A stretch of DNA of 32,000 bases from Synechococcus sp. A15-28 (GCF_014280175.1 NZ_CP047931.1:1-32000); one strand, 5' to 3'; shown: positions 20,315 to 30,301, counted from the first letter of the stretch. Numbers and translations: made by a program. The notes: generated by a model not told the origin, from the letters alone.

Positions 20315-21479
20315 ACATCGGCAGATACATAGCCAGAAGAATCGATCCGACAATGCCTCCCACCACCACGATCATTGCGGGCTCCAGCATGGAGGTGAGT
20401 GCCTTCACCATGGCTCCGACTTCGTCTTCGTAGAAATCAGCGACCTTGCTGAGCATCTTGTCCATCTCACCGGTTTCTTCGCCGATGGCCAACATGTTGA
20501 GCGCCATATCGGGGAGCACTTTCTGACGAATCAAGGCTGTGCTGAGCAGAACGCCCTCCTGCACCATCGTTCTTGAGGCCAGGATTGCATCAGAAATGAT
20601 CGAGTTCCCTGCGGTCTGACTGGAGATTTCCATGGACATCAAGATGGGAACACCGGCGCGGGTTAGGGAGCTGAAGATTCGACAGAACTGGGCGGTGGCG
20701 GTCATCAGAATCAGCTCACCGAACAGCGGCAGCTTGAGGATCAGTCGGTCGATGACCCGTCGTCCGTTGTGGGTTCCGTAATAACGCGCGAACAGCCAGA
20801 TGATCAGCAGCAGGGCTCCAACGAAATACAGAGCCACTGTTGATCGCAGGAGTTCACTGAAATTCACCAGCAACTGTGTGAATGCGGGGAGTTCGGCCCC
20901 CAGATCTTCAAAGATTCCGGCGAAGGTAGGAATCAGGAAAATGGTCATCCCCAGAAACACCAGGATCGCGATCACCAGAACGGCAACGGGATAGCCAAGG
21001 GCTCCCTTGATCTGGTTCTGCAGCTTGGCGTTGTCTTCCAGAAGTTTGGCCAGCGGTTTCATTGCTTCATCCAGAACGCCTCCGGCTTCGCCGGCTTCCA
21101 CCATGGCGATGCTGAGCTGATCGAAAACCTTGGGCCACTCCCGAATCGCGCTGCCCAGGGCGATTCCCTCGTTGACATCCAGGCTCACCTTGGTCAGCGC
21201 CCGCTTGAACATCGGCAGCTTCTGCTGGGTCGCCATCAGATCCAGGCTGCGCACGATCGGAACGCCGGCATCCACAAGTGCCGCCAGCTTGCTGGCGAAA
21301 ACCGCTTTCTCCTTGACGCCTGGAGCCTTCTCGAAGGTCGTGCCGAGGTCGATGGAGAACAAGCTCTTGCCCTCGCCGGAGCCGTCAGCCCCGTTGTTCT
21401 GACCGGAAGGAGCAGGTCGCAGCTCTGTGGCTCGAATTCCACGACGGCGAAGCTGTTTGCGGGCGTCTGCCAGATCCAC
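20289..21479 (-). CDS. pilC: Type II secretion/type IV pilus inner-membrane protein PilC (GspF family); N-terminus probably extends upstream
   Basis: FASKLAALVDAGVPIVRSLDLM, LDEAMKPLAKLLEDNAKLQNQIKGALGYP, FCRIFSSLTRAGVPILMSMEI, GEETGEMDKMLSKVADFYEDEVG; 21479 is the first GTG but homologous-looking sequence continues upstream in frame to about 21563. Confidence 0.9.
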   Translation of the reverse strand: MDLADARKQLRRRGIRATELRPAPSGQNNGADGSGEGKSLFSIDLGTTFEKAPGVKEKAVFASKLAALVDAGVPIVRSLDLMATQQKLPMFKRALTKVSLDVNEGIALGSAIREWPKVFDQLSIAMVEAGEAGGVLDEAMKPLAKLLEDNAKLQNQIKGALGYPVAVLVIAILVFLGMTIFLIPTFAGIFEDLGAELPAFTQLLVNFSELLRSTVALYFVGALLLIIWLFARYYGTHNGRRVIDRLILKLPLFGELILMTATAQFCRIFSSLTRAGVPILMSMEISSQTAGNSIISDAILASRTMVQEGVLLSTALIRQKVLPDMALNMLAIGEETGEMDKMLSKVADFYEDEVGAMVKALTSMLEPAMIVVVGGIVGSILLAMYLPMFTVFDQIQ

Positions 21480-21563
21480 GGCCTTGATTGTCAGGTTGCG
21501 GGGTTGACCGCTTGGACCGGCATACGTGGCGAGGAACGACGGTTCGTTCAGTTCAGCCCTTGA

Positions 21564-22640
21564 TCATTCATGGCCAATCAGGCGTTGCAGTTCGCCTGGT
21601 TTGCTCGCTTTTGCCATGGCTTCGGTCTGGCTCACATCGCCGCGGTTCACCAGGTCAGCCAGCGCTTTTTCCAGGGTCTGCATTCCTTGCTCGCCACCGG
21701 TCTGAATCTGGGAATAAAGCTGAGCGGTCTTGCCTTCGCGGATGAGATTTGCGGTGGCCGGGGTGTTGATCAGGATCTCCTGAGCCATCACCCGTCCGAA
21801 TTGCCCTGGTTTTGGATCGTGGCGCTTGCAGAGGGTCTGTGAAAACACGGCCACCAAGCTGCCGGAGAGTTGAACGCGGACCTGGGTCTGTTGTTCCGGT
21901 GGGAATACATCGACCATCCGGTCCACGGTCTGCGCCGCCGAACTGGTGTGCAGCGTTCCGAACACAAGGTGTCCGGTCTCCGCAGCGCTGACTGCCAGTT
22001 GGATGGTTTCCAGATCCCGAATTTCCCCCACCAGGATCACGTCGGGGTCCTCCCGCAGAGCAGCGCGGAGGGCATTGGCGAAACTGCGGGTGTCCTCATT
22101 GAGCTGGCGCTGATGTACCAGGCTCTTGTCGCTCTGATAAACAAACTCAATCGGGTCCTCGATGGTGAGGATGTGTTCGCTGCGGGTGTGATTGATGTGG
22201 TCCAACAGGGCTGCCAGCGTCGTGGTTTTGCCCGACCCTGTGGGACCTGTCACCAGCACCAGTCCCCGCGGGCGTTTGCTGGTCTCCAGCACCACGGGCG
22301 GCAGGTTCAGAAGCTCAACGCTTGGGATCTTGCTGCCGAGGGCCCGGAGACAGGCGGCATAGCTTCCCTTCTTCCGGTAGACGTTGACCCGGAACCGTGC
22401 CACCCCTTTCAGGCCATAGGCGCAGTCCAGTTCCCAGGTCTGCTCCAGGGTTTTGCGTTGACTGTTGTTCAGCATCGAGAAGATCAGCTTGTTGCAGTCC
22501 TCCTCCTCCAGAGGGTCGTCCCGCATCGGCCGCAGCTCACCGCTGAAACGTTCGTAGGGAGGCTGACCGCTGGCGATGTGCAGATCGCTGCCGCCTGCCT
22601 CCACCAGTTGCTCCATCAGATCCTCGATCATCAGATCCAT
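21564..22640 (-). CDS. pilT: Type IV pilus retraction ATPase PilT
   Basis: MIEDLMEQLVEAGGSDLHIASGQPPYERFSGEL, VTGPTGSGKTTTLAALLDHIN, EDPIEFVYQSDKSLVHQRQL, AALREDPDVILVGEIRD, AAETGHLVFGTLHTSSA. Confidence 0.96.
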   Translation of the reverse strand: MDLMIEDLMEQLVEAGGSDLHIASGQPPYERFSGELRPMRDDPLEEEDCNKLIFSMLNNSQRKTLEQTWELDCAYGLKGVARFRVNVYRKKGSYAACLRALGSKIPSVELLNLPPVVLETSKRPRGLVLVTGPTGSGKTTTLAALLDHINHTRSEHILTIEDPIEFVYQSDKSLVHQRQLNEDTRSFANALRAALREDPDVILVGEIRDLETIQLAVSAAETGHLVFGTLHTSSAAQTVDRMVDVFPPEQQTQVRVQLSGSLVAVFSQTLCKRHDPKPGQFGRVMAQEILINTPATANLIREGKTAQLYSQIQTGGEQGMQTLEKALADLVNRGDVSQTEAMAKASKPGELQRLIGHE

Positions 22641-22650
22641 GTCGCCAGTC

Positions 22651-24324
22651 TCAATCTCGGGTGGTTAGGCAATAAGGACACTCCAGCCAGCTCTCCTGGA
22701 GACCAGCGCCGCATCCCTTGCAGGTCATTGTGCTGAGAGCGCGTGCTCTGCGCTCGGATTCCAGGCCTGAGTCGGTGAGGATCATTCGCCCAACTTCTTC
22801 CAGCGTGGTGTGACCCTGTCGGACGAGATCCAGGCTGTAGCCGAGAAGAGTCACCATCCCTGACTCGAGCGCGAGTTGACGGATCACATCGGTGGAGGCG
22901 CCTGAGGAAACGGCTGTGGCCAGCTCCTCATTCATGCGCAGCACTTCGTAGACACCCACGCGGCCCTTGTAACCACTGCCTTTGCAATTGGGGCAGGTCT
23001 TGCCGCTGCCGTCATGGCGATGGGCCCTGAAAAAGGTCACATCGCTTTCCGTGCTGGCCATCAGGCCGAAGCGACCAAGTTCTCGCTCATCCGGCCGGTA
23101 CGGTTCCCGGCACGTCGGGCAAACGCGTCGCATCAGCCGTTGGGACACGATGCCGATCAGGGCTGCCGACACCATGAAGGTCTCCACCCCCATCTCATCC
23201 AGTCGGGCGATGGTGCTGGGGGCGTCATTGGCGTGAAGGGTGCTCAGCACCAGGTGGCCGGTGAGGGCGGCTTCGATGGCGGTTTTCGCTGTCTCCAGAT
23301 CGCGGGTCTCCCCGACCAGCAGCACATCCGGGTCCTGGCGCATGAATGCCCTCAGGGCAGTGGCGAAATCGAATCCCTTGTCGCGATTCACCTGGCACTG
23401 CGTGATGCCCGGCAGCGTGTACTCAATCGGATCCTCCACCGTGGAGATGTTGATGCCGGGGTCGTTGCGTTCCGCCAGCAGGGAATAGAGGGTGGTGGAT
23501 TTGCCTGAGCCGGTGGGCCCTGTGACCAGAATCATGCCGAAGGGTTTGGCCCCCAGATCCCGCACAAGAGCGAGGGTGGCGGGATTGGAGATCAGCTTGT
23601 CCAGGCCCAGTTGCGTGGCGCTGCTGTCCAGCAGTCGCAGACAAACCTTTTCGCCGAAGCGGCTGGGCAGGGTGTTGACCCTGAAATCCACCACCCGGTC
23701 CCGGTAGCGGCGACTGATCCTGCCGTCCTGAGCCTGGCGTCGCTCAGCGATATCGAGGTCCGCCAGGATCTTGAAGCGGGAGGTCACCGCTGGGATCAAC
23801 CGGTTAGGAAGCGGCTCCACGTACTGCTGGAGCACACCGTCCTGGCGGTAGCGCAGACGGAGACCCTTCTGTTGCGGCTCCACATGGATGTCGGAGGCGC
23901 CCACGGACATGGCCTGCAGCAGGATGCGATCCACCAGGGCCACCACCGGTGATGCATCAGGGTCCTCAAGGCTGGATTCCAGATCAACGGCATTGGCGGA
24001 CAGGGCTGCCTCTTCGTCTTCTGCGGTCTCCAGCACCCCTTCGGCGTTGAAGTCTTCGAGGAACGAGGATGCTTCGTCTTCGAGGGACAACTGGCTCTCA
24101 GTCCTGTTTTGACTTGGCTGACTGGTTGTTATCGCTTGAGTTTCACGGGGAGCTTCACCAGGTGCTGACGGGGTAGATCGTTCCGATGGTTCAGTCGCCA
24201 GAGCACGCCGCAGATCGTCATGCAGCGTCGGGTGCAGACGGATGGTTCGGTCATTCGGCGGCAGTTGATCGATCAGGGCTTGCCATTCCGTTTCACCCCA
24301 CTGGCTGGGAATCGCGATGTCCAA
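22651..24324 (-). CDS. pilB: Type IV pilus assembly ATPase PilB (GspE family) with C-terminal Cys4 extension
   Basis: VTGPTGSGKSTTLYSLLAE, EDPIEYTLPGITQCQVN, LRAFMRQDPDVLLVGETRD, CPTCREPYRPDERELG...CPNCKGSGYKGRVGVYEV; TTG start codon; C-terminal CKGCGAGLQESWLECPYC. Confidence 0.93.
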   Translation of the reverse strand: MDIAIPSQWGETEWQALIDQLPPNDRTIRLHPTLHDDLRRALATEPSERSTPSAPGEAPRETQAITTSQPSQNRTESQLSLEDEASSFLEDFNAEGVLETAEDEEAALSANAVDLESSLEDPDASPVVALVDRILLQAMSVGASDIHVEPQQKGLRLRYRQDGVLQQYVEPLPNRLIPAVTSRFKILADLDIAERRQAQDGRISRRYRDRVVDFRVNTLPSRFGEKVCLRLLDSSATQLGLDKLISNPATLALVRDLGAKPFGMILVTGPTGSGKSTTLYSLLAERNDPGINISTVEDPIEYTLPGITQCQVNRDKGFDFATALRAFMRQDPDVLLVGETRDLETAKTAIEAALTGHLVLSTLHANDAPSTIARLDEMGVETFMVSAALIGIVSQRLMRRVCPTCREPYRPDERELGRFGLMASTESDVTFFRAHRHDGSGKTCPNCKGSGYKGRVGVYEVLRMNEELATAVSSGASTDVIRQLALESGMVTLLGYSLDLVRQGHTTLEEVGRMILTDSGLESERRARALSTMTCKGCGAGLQESWLECPYCLTTRD

Positions 24325-24366
24325 TTGGTGCTGATCAACCGCGATCGGCAGGGCCTGCAGGTCGCG

Positions 24367-24522
24367 CTAGCGCTCAGGGCTGATGTCATTCAGGGCGTTG
24401 AGCAGCGGCAGCGCTCGTTCCAGTTGCTCGGGATCCGGCACCGGCTGTTTCAGTAACAGCTCCAGTTCCAGCCGCTGCTGGGCGGCATCGTTGGTGGCAG
24501 GAATGGGCCGGCCCAGGGTCAT
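24367..24522 (-). CDS. Small ORF (51 aa), in frame with and immediately upstream of pilB
   Basis: Manually translated: MTLGRPIPATNDAAQQRLELELLLKQPVPDPEQLERALPLLNALNDISPER then TAG; same frame as pilB, no further stop before pilB TTG. Not listed in the supplied ORF track. Confidence 0.5.
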   Translation of the reverse strand: MTLGRPIPATNDAAQQRLELELLLKQPVPDPEQLERALPLLNALNDISPER

Positions 24523-24621
24523 CGGTGGGTCATCGTCCGATTGAGGTGCGGGCTTCCGCAGCTTGTGTGAGGTGTGCGTTGCCCTTCAACATGTCTAAGC
24601 AGCAATTCCCCAGCGGTCAGC

Positions 24622-25278
24622 ATGAGCGGCGAGGCTCCCACCCCAGCGCAGGATCCAAGCGTTGAGCCGATGGATGCGGCTCCCGCTGTCGCAGAGCCCG
24701 AGGTGGTGTCCACGGAAACGCCTGCCGACGTCTCCGTGACCGATCCGGCTGATCGCCTGCAGCAGCTGGAGCAGGAATTGCACAGCCTGAAGCAGGAGCA
24801 CGAAACGCTGCAGAGCCAGTACATGCGCATCGCAGCGGATTTCGACAACTTCCGCAAGCGTCAGAGCAGGGATCAGGACGACATCCGTCAGCAGCTGGTC
24901 TGCTCCACCCTCAGCGAAATCCTGCCGGTGGTGGACAACTTCGAGCGGGCTCGACAGCAGCTGAATCCTGAGGGGGACGAGGCTCAGGCGCTGCATCGCA
25001 GTTATCAGGGTCTCTACAAGCAACTGGTTGATGTGCTGAAGCAGCAGGGGGTGGCGCGTATGGAAGTGGTTGGTCAGTTATTCGATCCGACCCTCCATGA
25101 AGCGGTGCTTCGCGAGGAGAGCACCGAACAGCCGGAAGATGTGGTGATCGAAGAGCTTCAACGCGGTTATCACCTCAACGGCAAGGTGCTTCGTCACGCG
25201 CTGGTGAAGGTGTCCATGGGTCCGGGTCCATCGACCGATGCTGAAGTTGCTGCCCCTGCTGAAGCGGAGGAGTCCTGA
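24622..25278 (+). CDS. grpE: Nucleotide exchange factor GrpE
   Basis: [63 protein letters not shown]; ORF opens upstream, likely start ATG 24622. Confidence 0.94.
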   Translation: MSGEAPTPAQDPSVEPMDAAPAVAEPEVVSTETPADVSVTDPADRLQQLEQELHSLKQEHETLQSQYMRIAADFDNFRKRQSRDQDDIRQQLVCSTLSEILPVVDNFERARQQLNPEGDEAQALHRSYQGLYKQLVDVLKQQGVARMEVVGQLFDPTLHEAVLREESTEQPEDVVIEELQRGYHLNGKVLRHALVKVSMGPGPSTDAEVAAPAEAEES

Positions 25279-26411
25279 TGGCGGATTACTACGACCTGCT
25301 GGGGGTCGGACGGGATGCGGATGCCGACACGTTGAAGCGGGCTTACCGCAGCAAGGCGCGCAAGTTTCACCCCGACATCAACAAGGAACCGGGAGCCGAA
25401 GACCGCTTCAAGGAAATCGGTCGCGCCTATGAGGTGCTGAGTGACCCCCAGACCCGGGCCCGCTACGACCAGTTCGGTGAGGCCGGCCTTGGCGGTGCAG
25501 CCGGTGCTCCGGATATGGGGGACATGGGCGGCTTTGCCGACCTGTTCGAGACCTTCTTCCAGGGCTTTGGAGGCCCGGGTGGTGCTGCCGGCGGTCGCTC
25601 CAGCCGTCGTGGACCCCAGCAGGGAGACGATCTTCGCTACGACCTCACCATCGATTTCGAGCAGGCGGTCTTCGGTCAGGAGCAGGAGATCAAGATCCCC
25701 CACCTCGAAACCTGTGACACCTGCGGTGGCAGCGGAGCGAAGGCGGGCAGTGGTCCCACCACCTGCGGTACCTGTGGTGGAGCCGGCCAGGTTCGACGGG
25801 CGACCCGGACCCCCTTCGGCAGCTTCACCCAGGTGGCGGAATGCCCCAACTGCGGCGGCACCGGTCAGGTGATCGCTGATCCCTGCAATGCCTGCGGCGG
25901 CCAGGGTGTGCATCAGGTGCGCAAGAAACTTCGGATCAACATTCCTGCCGGAGTGGACACAGGAACGCGCCTGCGGGTTTCGGGTGAGGGCAATGCCGGA
26001 CCGCGGGGAGGCCCGTCCGGTGACCTCTACGTTTTCCTGACGGTCAAGTCACACCCGCGCCTGCGCAGGGATGGTCTCAACATCCTCTCCACCGTGAACG
26101 TCAGTTATCTGCAGGCGATCCTGGGGGACACGATCGAGGTGGAAACCGTCGATGGCGATACGCCCCTTGAAATTCCGCCCGGCACCCAGCCCGGTACCGT
26201 GCTGACCCTCGCCAACAAAGGCATTCCCAAGCTCGGGAACCCAGTGGCCCGAGGTGATCAGAAGGTGCAGGTGACGGTGCAGCTCCCCACGCGTCTGTCG
26301 GACCCCGAACGGACACTGCTGGAGGAGTTGGCGGGCCATCATTCGGCCCGTGGCAAGCAGCATCACCATCACAACAGCGGACTGTTCGCTCGGCTGTTCG
26401 GCCAGAAGTGA
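25278..26411 (+). CDS. dnaJ: Chaperone protein DnaJ
   Basis: [44 protein letters not shown], four CxxCxGxG-type zinc motifs ([32 protein letters not shown]), C-terminal domain. Confidence 0.96.
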   Translation: MADYYDLLGVGRDADADTLKRAYRSKARKFHPDINKEPGAEDRFKEIGRAYEVLSDPQTRARYDQFGEAGLGGAAGAPDMGDMGGFADLFETFFQGFGGPGGAAGGRSSRRGPQQGDDLRYDLTIDFEQAVFGQEQEIKIPHLETCDTCGGSGAKAGSGPTTCGTCGGAGQVRRATRTPFGSFTQVAECPNCGGTGQVIADPCNACGGQGVHQVRKKLRINIPAGVDTGTRLRVSGEGNAGPRGGPSGDLYVFLTVKSHPRLRRDGLNILSTVNVSYLQAILGDTIEVETVDGDTPLEIPPGTQPGTVLTLANKGIPKLGNPVARGDQKVQVTVQLPTRLSDPERTLLEELAGHHSARGKQHHHHNSGLFARLFGQK

Positions 26412-26650
26412 TGGGGACGGCCCGTTCCCTGGATCTGCGTGGCACCCCCTGCCCGGTGAATTTCATCCGTTGCAAGCTGGCCCTCGAGTCACTTCAGGCT
26501 GGAGATCAGCTTCAGGTGCAGTTGGATCGGGGCGAACCGGAAGCGACGGTGATTCCTGGGCTCCAGGATGCCGGTCACCGGGTGGAGGTCACCGCTGAGG
26601 AAGCGACCTGGGTTGCATTGGAGATCACCTGTGCCGGTGAGCTGTCGTGA
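26411..26650 (+). CDS. TusA-family sulfurtransferase-like protein
   Basis: SLDLRGTPCPVNFIRCKLALESLQAGDQLQVQLD; TusA signature LDxRGxxCPxPxxxxK variant; GTG start also possible at 26408. Confidence 0.85.
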   Translation: MGTARSLDLRGTPCPVNFIRCKLALESLQAGDQLQVQLDRGEPEATVIPGLQDAGHRVEVTAEEATWVALEITCAGELS

Positions 26651-27546
26651 CCGAAGCTGCCGGCATCGTGGTGGCGCTGCAGGCGAACTATCTCGAGGTA
26701 GAGCTTGATCAGGCGCCTGACCAGGGTCCCTCGCGTTTGCTTTGCACCCGTCGCACACGCCTCACGCACCGGGGAGAGGCGGTTCATGTTGGTGACCGTG
26801 TGCAGGTCGAGGCCATCGATCCAGTTCAAGCCCGTGCAGTGGTGTCAGGGGTTGAGCCCCGCAGCAGCTGGCTCACACGCCCTCAGGTGGCCAATGTCTC
26901 GTTGGTGGTGGTGGCGCTCGCCGTCGACCAGCCGGCGTTTGATCCGGATCAGGCCAGCCGTTTTCTGTTGACCGCTGAACGCACGGGTTTGCCTGTGCAG
27001 TTGTTGCTCACCAAGGGTGATCTGCTGGAGGAGGAGCAACGCTCAGCGCTGGTTCAGCGACTGCTGGGCTGGGGGTATGAGGCTCTGGTGATCTCCAGTC
27101 AAACCGGCGGAGGCATTGAGGCTTTGCGCCAGCATTTGCAGACCACGGAACTGGCGGTGGTCTGTGGTCCCTCGGGCGTGGGCAAGAGCAGTGTGCTGAA
27201 CCGTTTGATGCCCCACTTGGGTCTTCGGGTGGGTGCTGTGTCGGGTCGACTTCAACGGGGTCGCCACACCACGCGACATGTGGAGTTGTTTCCGATTGCT
27301 CCCGGTGCCCGGGTGGCCGACACCCCTGGCTTCAATCGACCCGAACTGCCGAGCGATCCGTCGGAACTGGGAATGTTGTTTCCTGAACTGCGAAATCAGC
27401 TGCAGTCCTGGCCCTGTCGATTCCGCGACTGCCTGCACCGTCAGGAGCCGGGCTGCGGAATTAACAGGGATTGGGAACGCTTCGCGTTTTATCAGGACGC
27501 CCTGAAGGAATGTTCCGACCTCAGCCGCCCATCCCGGGCAGGTTGA
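26647..27546 (+). CDS. rsgA: Ribosome small subunit-dependent GTPase A
   Basis: Circularly permuted GTPase: [47 protein letters not shown]-terminal [16 protein letters not shown]. Confidence 0.95.
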   Translation: MTEAAGIVVALQANYLEVELDQAPDQGPSRLLCTRRTRLTHRGEAVHVGDRVQVEAIDPVQARAVVSGVEPRSSWLTRPQVANVSLVVVALAVDQPAFDPDQASRFLLTAERTGLPVQLLLTKGDLLEEEQRSALVQRLLGWGYEALVISSQTGGGIEALRQHLQTTELAVVCGPSGVGKSSVLNRLMPHLGLRVGAVSGRLQRGRHTTRHVELFPIAPGARVADTPGFNRPELPSDPSELGMLFPELRNQLQSWPCRFRDCLHRQEPGCGINRDWERFAFYQDALKECSDLSRPSRAG

Positions 27547-27862
27547 GATTCAGTCCACCGGTGAGTTCCTCCATCCGTCCTTTCATCGTGGCGGTGGATT
27601 GCTCATAGGCCGCCTGAAGGGCTTCCAGCGTGGAGGCTTCACAGGTCTCCTGACCCGCGCTCAGCAGCTCTGGATCCAACCGCACGCGCAAGGGTTGCTG
27701 ATTACCGGACAGCCAGACGCTGGCCCGCCCGTCAGCACTCTTGCCTTCGATCTCCATGCCGTCCAGTTCGTCCTGCAGGGCTTGAGCGTTCTGCTGGATT
27801 TCCTGGGCCTTCTTGAAGGCTTCGGTGAGCTGGCCGAAATTGGGTAGTCCGAACCCTGCCAT
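27521..27862 (-). CDS. YbaB/EbfC family nucleoid-associated protein
   Basis: 113-aa [43 protein letters not shown]...; typical size and helical N-terminus. Confidence 0.88.
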   Translation of the reverse strand: MAGFGLPNFGQLTEAFKKAQEIQQNAQALQDELDGMEIEGKSADGRASVWLSGNQQPLRVRLDPELLSAGQETCEASTLEALQAAYEQSTATMKGRMEELTGGLNLNLPGMGG

Positions 27863-27886
27863 GGTGCTGTTGACGGAGCCGGCAGA

Positions 27887-28783
27887 TTAAGCGGCTCCGG
27901 TGAATCCGAGGCGTTTCACTTCGGGATGCAGGCGTACGGCATGGGCTGCCTCCACCTGTTGCAGCACGCGTTGAATCAGTTGATCGATGTCGGCTGCCGT
28001 CGCAGCACCGGTGTTGACGATGAAATTGGCGTGGAGGGTGGAGACTTCCGCGCCACCGATGCGGCTGCCCTTGAGGCCGAGACCTTCGATCAGCCGGCCT
28101 GCTTTCAGGGGTTCCGGATTGCGAAACACGCTGCCACAACTGGGTTGTGTGTAGGGCTGAGTGCTGGTGCGATGGCTGAGGTTGCCGCTGGTGATGCGGG
28201 TGATCTCATCCGGGTCATGGCCGGGGTCAAGGCGGAACCGGGCGGAGAGCACCACCAGCTCTTCCTCCTGCAGACGGCTGTGGCGGTAATCAAACGCCAG
28301 TTGGTCGCGGCCGAGTTCGAAGCTTTCTCCACCCTCGAGTGGAGCCACGCGCACCGATTCCAGACAGTCCGCTGTGCAACCACCCTGTGCTCCAGCATTC
28401 ATCACGGCGGCACCGCCGACCGTGCCTGGAATGCCGACGGACCAGGCCAGACCATCCAATCCGGCTCGGGCGGCACGACGCGCCAGGGTTGGGATCGGTT
28501 CCCCCGCCAGGGCTTCCACCACACCGCTGTCGGCATCGACCGTGGCCCCCTGCAGTTTGCGCAGGCTGAGGGTGAGTCCTGGCAGTCCGTCGTCGTGGAT
28601 GAGCAGGTTGGATCCGGCGCCGATCACACGGCATGGGATCTGGTTGTGTTGAGCCCACTGAAGAGCTTCGAGCGTGTCGTTCACCGTTGTTGGCTCCAGC
28701 AACCACTGGGCTGGTCCGCCCACTCGCCAGGTGGTGAAGTCCGCCAGGGGGACGTTGGATCGCAGCGGAATGTTGGTGCTCAG
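27887..28783 (-). CDS. murB: UDP-N-acetylmuramate dehydrogenase
   Basis: [53 protein letters not shown]-like [40 protein letters not shown]; ATG 28783 preferred over track start 28807. Confidence 0.94.
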   Translation of the reverse strand: MSTNIPLRSNVPLADFTTWRVGGPAQWLLEPTTVNDTLEALQWAQHNQIPCRVIGAGSNLLIHDDGLPGLTLSLRKLQGATVDADSGVVEALAGEPIPTLARRAARAGLDGLAWSVGIPGTVGGAAVMNAGAQGGCTADCLESVRVAPLEGGESFELGRDQLAFDYRHSRLQEEELVVLSARFRLDPGHDPDEITRITSGNLSHRTSTQPYTQPSCGSVFRNPEPLKAGRLIEGLGLKGSRIGGAEVSTLHANFIVNTGAATAADIDQLIQRVLQQVEAAHAVRLHPEVKRLGFTGAA

Positions 28784-28785
28784 CA

Positions 28786-30189
28786 TCAGGCCGCCAGCCG
28801 TTGCCACAGGCCGTTGACATCCCCTGCACCCATGGCCAGGACCAAGTCCTCACGCCGGCTGCGGCTTCTGACCAATTCAGTGAGGTGGTCAAGGTTGTCA
28901 GCCACGGCAACCTCAAGATCCGGCCTCAGCTCATGAATCCGATCGGCCAGGGTCTGGCTGCAGACTCCAGACAGCGGCGTTTCGCCGGCGCCGTAGACCG
29001 GAGCCAGGAGCAGGGAGTCACAGTTCTGCAATGCGTTCGCGAAGGAGTCCAGGAATTCCTTGGTGCGGCTGTAGCGATGGGGCTGAAACACGGCTAACAA
29101 CCGTTGGGGTGGGGTCGGCAAGGGGCTGCGGCCACTGCTCACCATCAGTTGCGCCATGGCCAGGGTGGCTTTCACTTCACTGGGGTGGTGGGCGTAGTCG
29201 TCGACGATGTGGCGCCCCTCCCAGGTGCCCCGCCAATCAAAACGGCGGCCGGGGGGTTTCAAGGCAGAGAGCCCATCCACCAGTCGATCGAAGGGAACAC
29301 CTTCCATGCGGCATGCCGCCAGGGCGCCGGCCGCGTTACTGAGGTTGTGCAATCCAGGCAGGGGCAGCACGAAGTCCCCGACGGGTTCGCCTTGTTCGTA
29401 GAAGCGGGCATGGCAGCGATCGCCGTCGAGCTGGAGCGGCAAAGCGGCGTAATCGACACCGTTGGCCTGCGTGACGGACCACCACGCGTCCGCCTGAATG
29501 TGGTCCTCAAGGGTGGCGCAGTCGCGGTTCGCCAACACCTGGTCGCACCCATCGGCAAAGCGACGCATCGTGCCGATCAGGTCGTCGAGGCCGCTGTAGT
29601 GATCGGTGTGATCGAGTTCAAGGTTGGTGATCAGCCCCAGGCGGGCTCGGAATTTCACCAACGACCCATCCGATTCATCGGCTTCGGCCACCAGCAGTCG
29701 GCCATGGCCAGCATGACCATTGCTTTCGAGGCATGGAACGATGCCGCCGATGATGGCGGTGGGATCCTCACCGGCCTCCATCAGGAGTGTCGTGATCAGG
29801 GTGCTGGTGGTGGTTTTCCCATGGCTACCGGCAACGGCGATCGACGGTTGCTGATCGATCAGTGCAGCCAGCAGGTCAGAGCGATGCCAGATCTCCAGTT
29901 TCGCGGCACGGGCACGGCTCAGCTCGGGATTGCTGGCAGGAATCGCCGTTGAGACCACCACGATGGGCCTGAGGCCTTTGGCGAGCAGTGCCTCGATCGT
30001 GGCTGCGGTCTGGTCATGGAAGACGCTGACGCCGAGCTGGGTGAGCTGCCGCGATGTGGGGGTCTCCCGTGGGTCCGATCCACTCACCGGATGACCTCGA
30101 TCCGCAAGGATCTTCGCCAGTGCTGACATCCCGATACCGCCGACGCCGATGAAATGCACTGGGTGCTGGCGTTCAAGCGGACGGGACAA
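28786..30189 (-). CDS. murC: UDP-N-acetylmuramate--L-alanine ligase
   Basis: [73 protein letters not shown]. Confidence 0.96.
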   Translation of the reverse strand: MSRPLERQHPVHFIGVGGIGMSALAKILADRGHPVSGSDPRETPTSRQLTQLGVSVFHDQTAATIEALLAKGLRPIVVVSTAIPASNPELSRARAAKLEIWHRSDLLAALIDQQPSIAVAGSHGKTTTSTLITTLLMEAGEDPTAIIGGIVPCLESNGHAGHGRLLVAEADESDGSLVKFRARLGLITNLELDHTDHYSGLDDLIGTMRRFADGCDQVLANRDCATLEDHIQADAWWSVTQANGVDYAALPLQLDGDRCHARFYEQGEPVGDFVLPLPGLHNLSNAAGALAACRMEGVPFDRLVDGLSALKPPGRRFDWRGTWEGRHIVDDYAHHPSEVKATLAMAQLMVSSGRSPLPTPPQRLLAVFQPHRYSRTKEFLDSFANALQNCDSLLLAPVYGAGETPLSGVCSQTLADRIHELRPDLEVAVADNLDHLTELVRSRSRREDLVLAMGAGDVNGLWQRLAA

Positions 30190-30301
30190 GGATCGGCATC
30201 AGAGGCATGAAAGATAAGTCAGTTCAGACGTTGCGTCCCCCTTGGGTTGAGACGGATCGAATCGGGTTTGTGATTCAGGTGCCATCCGAAAAAACTCAGA
30301 T

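Noticed and set aside
21870-22736. 288-aa plus-strand ORF opposite pilT
   Set aside because: Antisense to a well-supported PilT; no recognisable domain and no initiation context.
24523-24621. Search for a CIRCE-type heat-shock element upstream of grpE
   Set aside because: No TTAGCACTC-N9-GAGTGCTAA-like inverted repeat found in the divergent region.
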